A stretch of 58,431 nt of DNA, counting the filler, from Jimgerdemannia flammicorona (lineage: Eukaryota), in assembly GCA_003990765.1 (NCBI GenBank). It is 3 parts of 3 records of this genome, joined end to end, with 100 filler letters (N's around TTAATTAATTAA, not from the genome) between each part and the next. Parts side by side here need not be neighbours in the genome. Positions count along the whole stretch, not along the records: positions 1 to 19,415 come from RBNJ01001945.1; positions 19,516 to 38,925 come from RBNJ01001946.1; 1 more part is not named here. One strand, given 5' to 3'. The notes beneath the pieces are model-generated. The model was given only the letters and a program-made list of their open reading frames with translations, made no database searches and was not told the DNA's origin. A program made the position numbers and the translations under genes. This document shows positions 11,781-22,600 of this stretch, piece after piece. Within the stretch, counting starts at the first letter, position 1. Every line of letters begins with the position of its first letter.

Positions 11781-14309
11781 AACAAGGCCCCAGCCCAACC
11801 TATCATGAGCAAAGAAGAACAATTCTACAAGAAGATCGAAGACAGATATATACCAAGTAGCTGATGCCCTCATGGCATTGGGATATACTCTTCCTGAATG
11901 ATTGATGATTGCTTCTCTTGTGTCAATGAACTGGCTCAAAGAAGAACCAACAGAAGGAAAAGTCCTATAACTGAAATCACCACCATTGGATCAGACAAAC
12001 TACTTATACTTAAAGCTTTTATCAACCGAGCACCTGTCAAGATTATGATAGACAGTGGTGCCTTAGGCAACTTCATCAATGAAGAGATAGCTAACAGACT
12101 CAAGGTCTTCACCTCTCCAGTACAGCAAACTCAAGCAGTTGCTACAGCTGATGAAACCTCACATGTTATTAGCAAAGAAGTCTGCAATCTACCCTTCTGA
12201 ATTGGCGACTACCGAGTATATGTTACCCTCCAAATCATACCACTTCCTGACAATGAAATCATCCTTGGGACTCCATGGTTAAAATAAGAGAACCCCATGA
12301 TTGATTGGATAAACCATTCTCTGACCATCAAGAAAGGATGCCACAACTTCAAACTACAAGACAAAAAGGACCCACTTAATTCTAGTGACTCTGGACCAAA
12401 GATCACCTACATTAATAAGCTATAACTCAAGAAATTGGCCAAGAAATGCCCTCTCTTTGCCATCACCATCCATCCATCCAAAGGAAAACCTGAGAACTCT
12501 GAAGAAGACTTTTTCAAAGTTGATAGCCATGTCAGACCACTACTCCAGAAATTCCGAGACATATTCCCAAAGAAACTCCCAAAAGGCCTACCTCCTAAAT
12601 GAGCAGTAGACCATACCATTAAGACTATCCCAGTACCAAACCAGCCTTCAAGTCAATCTACCACATGTCTCCAAGAGAAATCGATGCACTCAAGAAAGAA
12701 ATTGATGAACTCCTAGAACAAGGATTCATTAGACCCAGTGTATCACCTTATAGTGCACCAGTCCTATTTATTGTCAAGAAAGGAGGAGACCTGTGAATAT
12801 GTATTGACTACCATGATCTCAATGAACAGACCATCAAGAACTATTGCCCACTACTAAGAATCGATGAAATATTTGATAGACTTACCAACCCACAATTCAT
12901 GAGCTCCTTTGACCTGCGAAATGGTTACTGACAAATTGCCATGAAAGAAGAAGACATCTACAAGACAGCCTTCTGAACTTGCTATGGACATTTCGAGTTC
13001 CTGGTTATGCCCTTTGGCTTAACTAATACTTCTGTAACCTTCCAGACCCTAATGAATACTATCCTGCACTCATACCTGGACAAATTCATGGTTGTCTACA
13101 TTGATGACATCCTAGTCTTCAGCAAAACCCTGGAGGAATATCTTGAACACCTTGAACTAGTACTACTGAAACTCCGAGAAAACCAACTCTTTGCAAAACT
13201 CAGCAAGTGCGAATTTCTCTTGAAAGAAATTCAATTCCTTGGACACATTGTCACTCCAAATAGAATCAAAGTAGACCCCAGCAAAATCTCTCAAATCAAA
13301 GATTGGCCCAGATCCAAGAAGCTGAAAGACCTCCAGTCATTCCTGAGATTAGCAAACTATTACAGGCAATTTGTTGCCAACTTTGCTAAAATTGCTACTG
13401 CTCTCACCCAAATGACCAAGCATAGCAAGAAACAAGAACAACTCTGGACCATGAAATAAGAGAAAGACTTCAACAATCTTATAATCTGGGGACCTGAGCA
13501 AGACACCACCTTTCAAGCACTAAAGGATGCCTTGATAACCACTCCAGTACTTCAAGCAGCAAATCCTGCCCTACCATATGAAGTCACTACTAATGCCTCT
13601 GACCTAGCCCTTGGAGCAGTACTCATGCAAGAAGGACACCCTGTGGCCTGTCACTCCCACAAGTTCAATGATGCTGAAATTAACTATATAATCTATGAGA
13701 AGGAAATGCTAGCCATCATAGACACTCTGATCAAATGGTGACCATATCTAGAAGGAGTATACTTTACTATATTGACTGACCACAAGTTATTAGTCAACAT
13801 CAAGACACAGGCTACCCTTTCTCGAAAGCAAGTCAGATGGATGAAAGTCCTCACCAACTTTGACTATGAAATCCAGTATCACCCTGGTAAGGAAAATATT
13901 GTTACCAATGCAATCTCCAGACCACCCATTGAAGAAGTTATCCAAACTCTCACCTTGATTACCAATACTATCATGGAGCAAATTATTGCAGTATATACTG
14001 ATGATAAGGAAGCTCAAGCACTCTGAGAAATCCTGAATAGGATGATGTTGACAAATGTACACAGTATCACCAATATCAACTGAAGGACAATGCTATCTAC
14101 TACAAGAACAGACTGTATGTTCCAAACAACCAAGACTTCTGAAGGACTATCCTATTTGAATGTCATGATGCCCCTATAGCTGGATATTTAGGATTCGATA
14201 AATGTTATGAAGTTATCTCCTGAAACTTCTATTGGCCCCATATGGCAGATCAGCTCAAAACCTACATCACTTCCTGTGATGCCTACCAATGAAATAAGTC
14301 CTCAATACT

Positions 14310-15520
14310 TTTTTTTTTTTTTTTTTTTTTTTTAATGGACTCAAGTCCCGTGGATTTTATTGGAAGGGAACCTAGACTATATAGGCCAAAACCCTCCCCC
14401 ACCACCCACCGAACAATATCCCCCTATTAACCTAGGCTACGAAACTGTCCAGCAGTCCCACCGCTCCAGCTATGCCTGTCGAACACCGGCTACGTCGACC
14501 CCAACGACATAGACTAGACTTGTCTGCTCACTAGGGCTGGATCATCGTTTACACGTGAGAGCACACCTACACGTCAGATCTAGCAGCGCCGGGACTGAAT
14601 TAAGAATAGCCCCCCGAACCCCAAAAGAAAGCCCGAGGCAAAGAAAAAAACCCCCCAACCAACCAACAGAGAGCAAAGTAGATTCAAAGCGGGTGAGTAA
14701 AGGACTTATATGCAGCACCTTCCTCAAAGGACTTACACATGGGCTAGGGCCCGAAGAGACTCCACTCCCACTCCCTGAGCCTGCGGGCCTCGATCACGTT
14801 GCCGTGTCAGCTCCCAGTTCCAGTCGGGTACTGCCAAATGAGGAAGGTTCCACTCCCTAAGCCTGTGGGCCTCGATCACGTTGCCATGTCAGCTCCCAGT
14901 TCCAGTTGGGTACAGCCAGGATGCTGGCCCCTGCACCACCCCACCCCCCATCAGCCAATCAAAAGGCCCCACCGAAATATTGTCTGCCCCAACCCCGATG
15001 ACCGCCCCCAGCCTGGCACCCCACTGGTTCACCATAATCGCCCTTCCTCCTATCTGTGATGGCCATCTCCCCTCCCAACCCGACATCACCCAAAAAGCAG
15101 TCACCTACGCCAGAACTGCGCTCGCCGGGAAGCTCGCCAAAGCCAGAGGGCCCCACTACAGGCACCGAGGACCTGCAGGTAACCTACACTGAGCACTTGA
15201 CGCCCAAGGTCGGCCGACTCCCTACGTAGCCCGAGATACACCGAGACAGCACCTTGTTGACAACGGCAAAAGGAAGAAGGCGCCGCACCAAAATGGATAC
15301 ACTCCAGACGCAGCCAAAGACACCAGAAACCGCGAAAAAATGGAGAAGACACCGATCTGACACCGATAAAGGGGCAACTCATCACCATTGCCCTCCTTCC
15401 ACCATGCCCATGCAGGCACAGCAAACCAACCTGAGGTAGAGGGGGTAATAATAGGGGAAAGGGGACTCGGAAGGTCGCCTACCAAACCTTGTGACTGGTA
15501 AGGTAGCGGAGAAAGGAGCG
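14310..15520 (-). mobile_element. 1.2-kb poly(A)-tailed non-LTR retroelement fragment inserted in the integrase of copy A
   Basis: 16-bp TSD ATAAGTCCTCAATACT at 14294-14309 and 15521-15536; T-run at the left end; AATAAA on the minus strand before the tail; GC/CpG-richer than its host. Confidence 0.92.
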
Positions 15521-17070
15521 ATAAGTCCTCAATACTAGCAAAACCCAGCTTACTTCACCCTATCTCAGTACCATCTGCAAATTGGGAATAAATCTCTATA
15601 GACTTTATTGTACAACTACTCCAAACCAAGAACAGGAAAGATGCAATTGTTGTCTTTGTAGATTATCTAAGCAAACAAGCCCACTTTGTACCTACTACCA
15701 CTACTGTAACAGCACCAAACATAGCCACACTCTTATTTGACAATATCTTCCACTATCATGGTCTTCCTAAGATCATTGTTAGCAACTGAGACCTGAAATT
15801 CACCAGTCATTTTTGAAAAGCCCTCCATGCACACCTTGGAACAAAACTTGCACTATTCACAGTCTTTCACTCTGAAACTGATGGCCAAACTGAAAGAATG
15901 AACCGAACTCTAGAATAAATGCTAAGGAACTATGTTTCCTATAGATAAGATAATTAGCATGAACACCTGACTGCAGTTGAGTTTGCTTATAATAACAGCA
16001 AGCAAGCCTCTCTCGGAATGATCCTATTCTTTGCCAACATTGGACAAAACCCAAACACCCCTTTGACACTTATCTGAACCACTGAAGAACTCTCCACAGT
16101 TGAAGCTATTGAAGAATTCCTACTCTGAATGTGCAATCTAAGCCAGATTGCAATTGAAAATTTATCATGAGCTCAAGAACAACAGTCACAGTATGTTAAC
16201 CAACACTGCTGAGAAGAAATCTTTGATATTGGAGAAAAAGTTCTACTGGACATCAGAGGATACTGAGTTGACAACCTCAAGTACAGACCATCTACAAAGC
16301 TGAACAGCAAGTTCATTGGACTATTTGAAGTCATCGCACAAGTCTCTTCTACCTCCTACAAACTGGTGCTACCAGATACTATTAAGATTCACCCAGTCTT
16401 TAATGTCCAATGTCTCAAGTGATATAATGAGAATGATGACAAGCTATTTCCAAACCAGACTACCCAACCATCTGTACCTGTCATTATTAATAACCACAAG
16501 GAATACAAAGTTGAACAAATCCTCAATAAATGTGGCCACAAGAACTACCCTGAGTACCTTGTGAAATAGAAAGGTTATCCAATCCATGATGCAATCTGGG
16601 AACCTAAGACCAATCTCTAGAATACTACTGACCTAGTTCAGGAATATGATTCCTTGAACAACTAAAACCAAATACTCAGTACCTATCTGTACATACTATA
16701 TATTATCCTCCCGAACACTATAATTATCAAAAGAATCAAGAACTTAGCAAAACAAGACAAGAATACTAACCCTCTAGAAAAAATAGCAAAACTGAAAGCC
16801 AGTCTATTCTCCCCATACCACTGTAGGGAAACAAGGCATAGACATTAAGAAGATTCCATAGAGGAAATTCTCCAGCAGTGAATGATGTCAGAATCACTTC
16901 CAGCATACAGCATTGAACATATGACCCTTTAATGTATGAATCCAACACATTAGGCAACTGTACTATAAGCATGCCACTTTCTGAAAAAATGGACTTTACT
17001 GGACTTTTGATCTCCCAAATGGTGTAACAACACTAGAACAAAATTAGAAGGCCCCGACGAAGATGTCAAA

Positions 17071-17088
17071 AGCTAAGAAGGGGAGAGT
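17071..17088 (+). other. Polypurine tract of copy A
   Basis: AGCTAAGAAGGGGAGAGT directly precedes TGTAAG of the 3' LTR; mirrored in copy B at 20991-21008. Confidence 0.85.
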
Positions 17089-19031
17089 TGTAAGTGCACA
17101 ACCTCCAAGCCACTGAAATCACATATCACTCTCTGAACAAGCCACTGAAATCACACATGACCTTTGAACAAATCTGGAAACCACCTGCTTGATCATGAAG
17201 CTGAGTCAAATCGAAGTCATAGTGTACAAAGCTGAGTCAATATGAAGTCACAGAACACAAGATTCATATAAATGAAATCTTATCAATCAGGACCAAATGT
17301 ATATATACTGAGCACTGAGATGCGTCGAAACAGAGAACCAAAACAAATAACAACTACAACTCCCAACACACAAACATGACCACTGAGATCTACAACTATA
17401 TCTGTGCTGACATTTGGAATACCATTGTCAACCGAGCCACACCCCCTCTACCCCTCATGAATATCCATAGCCTAGCACCCCTTTACTTCGTGGAAGCCTG
17501 ATGGAATGCTCTGAACATGCTTAACAAGGCCCATCAGATTGGACAAATCTCAAGCTACTATCAGATCAGCTGCCTCCTGGAAGATATGGTTGAACATCAT
17601 CATGATATAGATATTACTCAGATGTCTCAACACTAGAAGCTCATTACTTGCAAACATTAAGAACTCTTCTATGAGTATAGCACCATTATTTTCTGCCTCC
17701 AAGTTACTACAGCTGAAATGGTTGCTACCCTGTCCTATGGCCAAATTGACAACATGATACAAGAACTCAACCACAAGTACCTTGAGTATATCAAAACCAC
17801 AGAGAGAACCTTCCTACACCCCAATGATCATATCCTACAAATGCCCCAAGTTAGATATGCCATGAAGAATATCTACGATATAATCTACTTCGATGAAGAT
17901 GAAGCAGAAGACAATGATCCCTCTGACACCAACATGACCCCAAGCCAAGGATCCCTGCCAATACTAATTATACTACCAACCTTGCCAATGAACTTACAAT
18001 AGTTCATAACCACATATGAGACTTATTGAGACAATTACCACTGGCATGAATACCAATCCACATTTACCTCTAATTACTTTAACTATAATGAAAAGACCAG
18101 AGAACACAATCTGTACCTCCAGACAACTCTTGAGATTGAACCAACCACTCCATAACCTGAATATGAGCAATATAAACTACAGCCACCAGCTTACTACAAC
18201 CCCACAACTCATAGTGCTGTAACCTATAGAAGATGAAGTTCCAATGTATTATTATCTCAGTGAACAAGGAGAAATAATCCACGAACCACTCTTCCTAGAT
18301 GACTACTTTATCAGAGATGATGCAATCGATGGTGATGTCATTGAGAACTATCCAGACAGCACCTAAACCTATAAATAGCCTAGCAGTCATAGTATAGTTA
18401 GATTAGCCTTATACAATATGACTGTGAACTGACTCAGCAGTCAGACAATCTCTTGACATGTCAGATCACACTTGTACTATGTGACTACATTCTGACTCAG
18501 CAAAGCACTTAAGTGCTATATCCATATCTAGCATAGTCCAGATAGCCCCCCACTAGTATAAATACCCCCTCCCCCAGACCTCAGAATCTCAGACTTGAAT
18601 ACTTGAACAATCCAAATATAACTCCTGAGCACTTCCCCACAAATATCTCTTTACACAACTACTCCTAGTATAGCAATATCATAAATAGCGAATAAACCTA
18701 TTTAATAACCCACAAAACTACTCTTAAGTAAATCTGCTCTCTGTTAGGTCCCACTCCTAACCCCATCATGAAATCTCCTAATTGGGTATTGTTTGCAGTG
18801 ATATGCCAATTCAACTAAGCTGATCTTAGTTTCTTAAACTTCCTGAAATACAGAAAATCCTGAACATTCAGAACTAGTCTGAAAAAGGACTTTGGTTGAG
18901 ATATCAACCCAATCTTGAAATCAATAAGCATAGAGGATGTATTCCATATGAAATTGATCTTGATCATAAGAAAACGATCTTCCAGAATATCCAGAACTTC
19001 CAGAAAATTCTTCCAGAACTACATAATGGTA
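17089..19031 (+). repeat. 3' LTR of copy A; contains degenerate LTR-ORF 17376-18366
   Basis: Starts TGTAAGTGCACA and is collinear with 7423-9320; lacks the last ~25 nt present in the 5' LTR. Confidence 0.9.
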
Positions 19032-19415
19032 AGAATTCAAAGTTATCTAAGTTTGACTATATCTAGTATCTGATCAAATAGAGAAGTTTGAGAGTAAGTT
19101 ATTCAGTATAAGTAATATCAGTATCATTAAGGTTTGGGAGTCTACATTTAAATTAGAGCTAATTATTCTCAATTAAAGAGCCCATTGGCCTACTGGAGTA
19201 TTCAATAATAAAGAAAACTATATCATTATTAACAAATATGAAAAGTTGTTATAGTAGTAGTAAGAAATCTCTATAGTAATAAGCTTTATTACTATATTAA
19301 TAAGATTTATAAGGATTGTATCAAATACTAGATAGCAGATGAGAGGGAGTATAAAAAGCAAGGAGGGGGAGTTTGGACAGGAATTAAATATACTATAATA
19401 TTAGTAAAGAGTGGG

Positions 19416-19515
19416 NNNNNNNNNNNNNNNNNNNNNNNNNNNNNNNNNNNNNNNNNNNNTTAATTAATTAANNNNNNNNNNNNNNNNNNNNNNNNNNNNN
19501 NNNNNNNNNNNNNNN
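19416..19515. other. Artificial assembly spacer (N-run with TTAATTAATTAA six-frame stop linker)
   Basis: 100 nt with a central TTAATTAATTAA; identical design at 38926-39025. Confidence 0.95.
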
Positions 19516-19649
19516 CCTGGCATGGTCAAGCTGCTGGACAATAGCTAGCCTAGGTTAATGGGGGGGCAGTGCTTGGTGGGTGGTGGGGGAGGGTTTTGGC
19601 CTATATAGTCTAGGTTCCCTTCCAATAAAAATCCGCGGGACATGAGTCC

Positions 19650-19687
<38 letters not shown>
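19516..19687 (+). mobile_element. 3' end and poly(A) tail of the same non-LTR family, abutting the 3' LTR of copy B
   Basis: GGGAGGGTTTTGGCCTATATAGTCTAGGTTCCCTTCCAATAAAA is the reverse complement of ~14354-14398; A-run at 19652-19687. Confidence 0.9.
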
Positions 19688-19689
<2 letters not shown>

Positions 19690-22600
19690 TGAAGTAGTCA
19701 TCTAGAAAGAGTGGTTCTTGAATTACTTCTCTCTGTTTACTTAGGTAATAATATATTGGAATTATGTCACTATCCTACAGGATGATATCATCTGTTTCAT
19801 ATGCTGGATATGGAGTTGGCAGGTAAAGGGGAGGTACATCATCTTCACTTTCATCAGATTCACTATCTGCATATCTTCTATAGGTAACAGTGCTATAAGT
19901 TGTGAAGTTATAGTATGCTAGTAGCTATTGCTTATTTCATTCATACTTAAGAGGTAGGGTTGTTGGTTTGATCTTGAGGGTTGTCTGGAGATATAGCTTA
20001 TATTCTCTAGTCTCTTCATCATAGTTAAAGTAATCAGATATAATTGCAGATTGATACTTATACTAATAGTCAATATCCAATAGGTCTCATAGGTGATTAT
20101 GAACTATTGTAAGTTTATTGACAAGTTGGTGGATGATCAAGGTTGGCAGGGATCCTTGACTGGAGGTCATATTGGTATCAGAGAGATCATTATCTTCTGC
20201 TTTATCATTATTGAACTGGATTATATCTTAGATATCCTTTATAGTATATCTAACTTAGGATATTTGCAGGATATAGTCATCAGGATATAGAAAGGTTCTG
20301 TCTGTGGTTTAAACATACTAAATATACTTGTGTTGAGTTCTTATACCATATCATCAATTTGGCCATAAGATAGGGTAGCAACCATTTCAGCAGTAGTAAC
20401 TCAGAGAGGGGTAATAAAGATACTATATTTATAGAAGAGTTCTTGGTATTTGTAGGCAATAAGTTTCTGGTGTTGTGATATCTGGATAATATCTATATTA
20501 TAGTGGTGTTCAACTATATCTTCTAAAAGGTGGCTGATCTGATAGTAGCTTAAGATTTGTCTGATTTGGTAGACTTAAGTATGTTCAGAGTATTCTATCG
20601 GACTTCCACAAAGTAGAGAGATACCAGGCTATGGATATTCATGAGAGATAGAGAAGGTGTGGCTCAGTTGACAATGGTATTCCAAATATCAATATATATG
20701 TAGTTGTAGATCTTAGTGGTCATAGTTGTATATATGTTTAAGAGTTGTGATTATTTGTTTAGTTTATTGTGGTTTTCTGTTTTGATGCATCTGAGTACTC
20801 AATATATATGTATTCAGTTCTAATTAGTAAGATTCTGTTTATATAAATCTTATATTCCATGACTTTAAGTTGACTCAGATTTGTGCTCTGTGACATCAGT
20901 TTGACTCAGCTTTATGATCTTGTATATAATTTCTGAATTTATTCAGAGGGTGACATGTGATTTTAGTGGCTTAGTGGTTGTGCACTTATAACTCTCCCCT
21001 TTTTAGCTTTTGACATCCTCATTGAGGTCTTCTAATTTTGGTCTAGTGTTGTTACACTGTTTGGATGATCAAAAGTCTAGTAATGTCTATTTTCCTGAGA
21101 AAGTGGTATGCTTGTAGTATAGTTGCCTAATATATTAGATTTATATATTAAAGAGTTATATATTCAATACCATATACTGGAGGTGATTCTGACATCATTT
21201 ACTGCTGAAGAATTTCCTCTAAGGAATCTTCTTAAATATCTATGCCTTATTTCCCACCAGTAGTATGGAGAGAATAGGCTTTCTTTCAGTTTTGTTATTT
21301 TTCTAGAGGGTCAGTATTCTTTCATCTTGACTTGCAGAGTTCTTGATTTCATTCATTATAATTATAAGAGTACTTAATATTCAAGAAGAGTAATATATAT
21401 TATAGGCTAATAGATACTGGAGTATTCAGTTTTCAGTTATTCAAAGAATCATATTCATGAATAAGATCAGTAGCATTCTGGAGATTAGTCTTGGATTTCC
21501 ATATTATATCATGGATTTGATAATCTTTCTATTTGACAAAGTACTCTAGATAGTCCTTGTGACCATATTTATTAAGAATTTGCTCAACTTTGTATTCTTC
21601 TTAGTCATTAATAATGATAGATACAGGTAGTTCTGTAGTTTAGTTTAGGAATAGCTCATCATCATTTTCGTTATATTGCTTAAGATGTTGTATATTAAAG
21701 ACTAGGTGAATCTTAATAGCACCAATTTGTAAGAAGTTGGAGAGACTTGTGTGATGACTTCAAATAGTCTAATAAATTTGATATTTAGCTTATAGATGGT
21801 CTATATTTGAGGTTGTCAACTCAGTATCCTGATGTCTAGTAGAACTTTATCTCTAATATCAAAAGTTTCTTCTTAGTAGTGTTGGTTGATATACTATAAC
21901 TGTTGTTCTTATGCTCAGAATAAATTCTCAATTGCAATCTGACTTAGATTCTATATTCAGAGTAAGAATTCTTCAACAGCTTCAACTATAGAGGATTCAT
22001 CAGTAGTTCTGATAAGTATCAGAGAGATATTTGGGGTTTGTTCTATGTTAGTAAAGAATAGAGTCATTCCAAGAGAGACTTCCTTACTATTATTGTAGGT
22101 AAACTTGACTATGGTAAAGAATTTATACCAATTATCTTATCTATAGAAAATATAGTTCCCTAGTATTTGCTCCAGAGTTTGGTTCATTCTTTCAGTTTAA
22201 CTATCAGTTTTAGAGTAAAAGGCTATAGATAGTATATATTTTATTCTAAGGTATACATGTAGGGCTTTTCAAAAGTGGCTGGTGAACTTCAGATCTCAGT
22301 TACTAACAATAATCTTGGGAAGACCATGATAGTGAAAAATATTGTCAAACAAGAGTTTAATGATGTCTAGTACTGTTACAGTAGTATTATTTGGTATAAA
22401 ATATATTTGTTTGCTGGGATAGTCTATGAAGACAATAATTGTATCTTTCCCATTCTTTGTTTAGAAAGTTGTTTAATAAAATCCATAGAGATTTGTTCCC
22501 AATTAGCAGATGATACTTGGATAGAGTAGAGTAGGCCAAGTTTGCTAGAGTTAAGGACTTGTTATATTGACAGGTATTATAGGAAGTTACATTGATCTTT

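Larger units (their letters stand above)
9360..16665 (+). pseudogene. Single gag-pol polyprotein of copy A: N-terminal extension, Gag, zinc knuckle, dUTPase, protease, RT, RNase H, integrase, chromodomain; interrupted by 14310-15520
   Basis: YFYCQKTGHIASAC (~11250-11295); MIDSGA (~12045-12062); MPFGLTN and VYIDDILV (13007-13120); NASDLALGAVL and YEKEMLAI (13590-13720); SIDFIVQL, FHSETDGQTERMNRTLE (15590-15915); YLVK*KGYPIHDAIWEP (16500-16665). Most stops are CGA>TGA, CAR>TAR or TGG>TAG/TGA. Confidence 0.93.
7423..19031 (+). mobile_element. Near full-length Ty3/gypsy chromovirus LTR retrotransposon, copy A (degenerate)
   Basis: Direct ~1.9-kb LTRs; 5-bp TSD AGAAT at 7418-7422 and 19032-19036; PPT at 17071-17088; gag, dUTPase, PR, RT, RH, IN, chromodomain in gypsy order. 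Confidence 0.95.

Noticed and set aside
19416..19515. Palindromic TTAATTAATTAA within N-runs (also 38970-38981)
   Set aside because: Synthetic six-frame stop linker between contigs, not biology.
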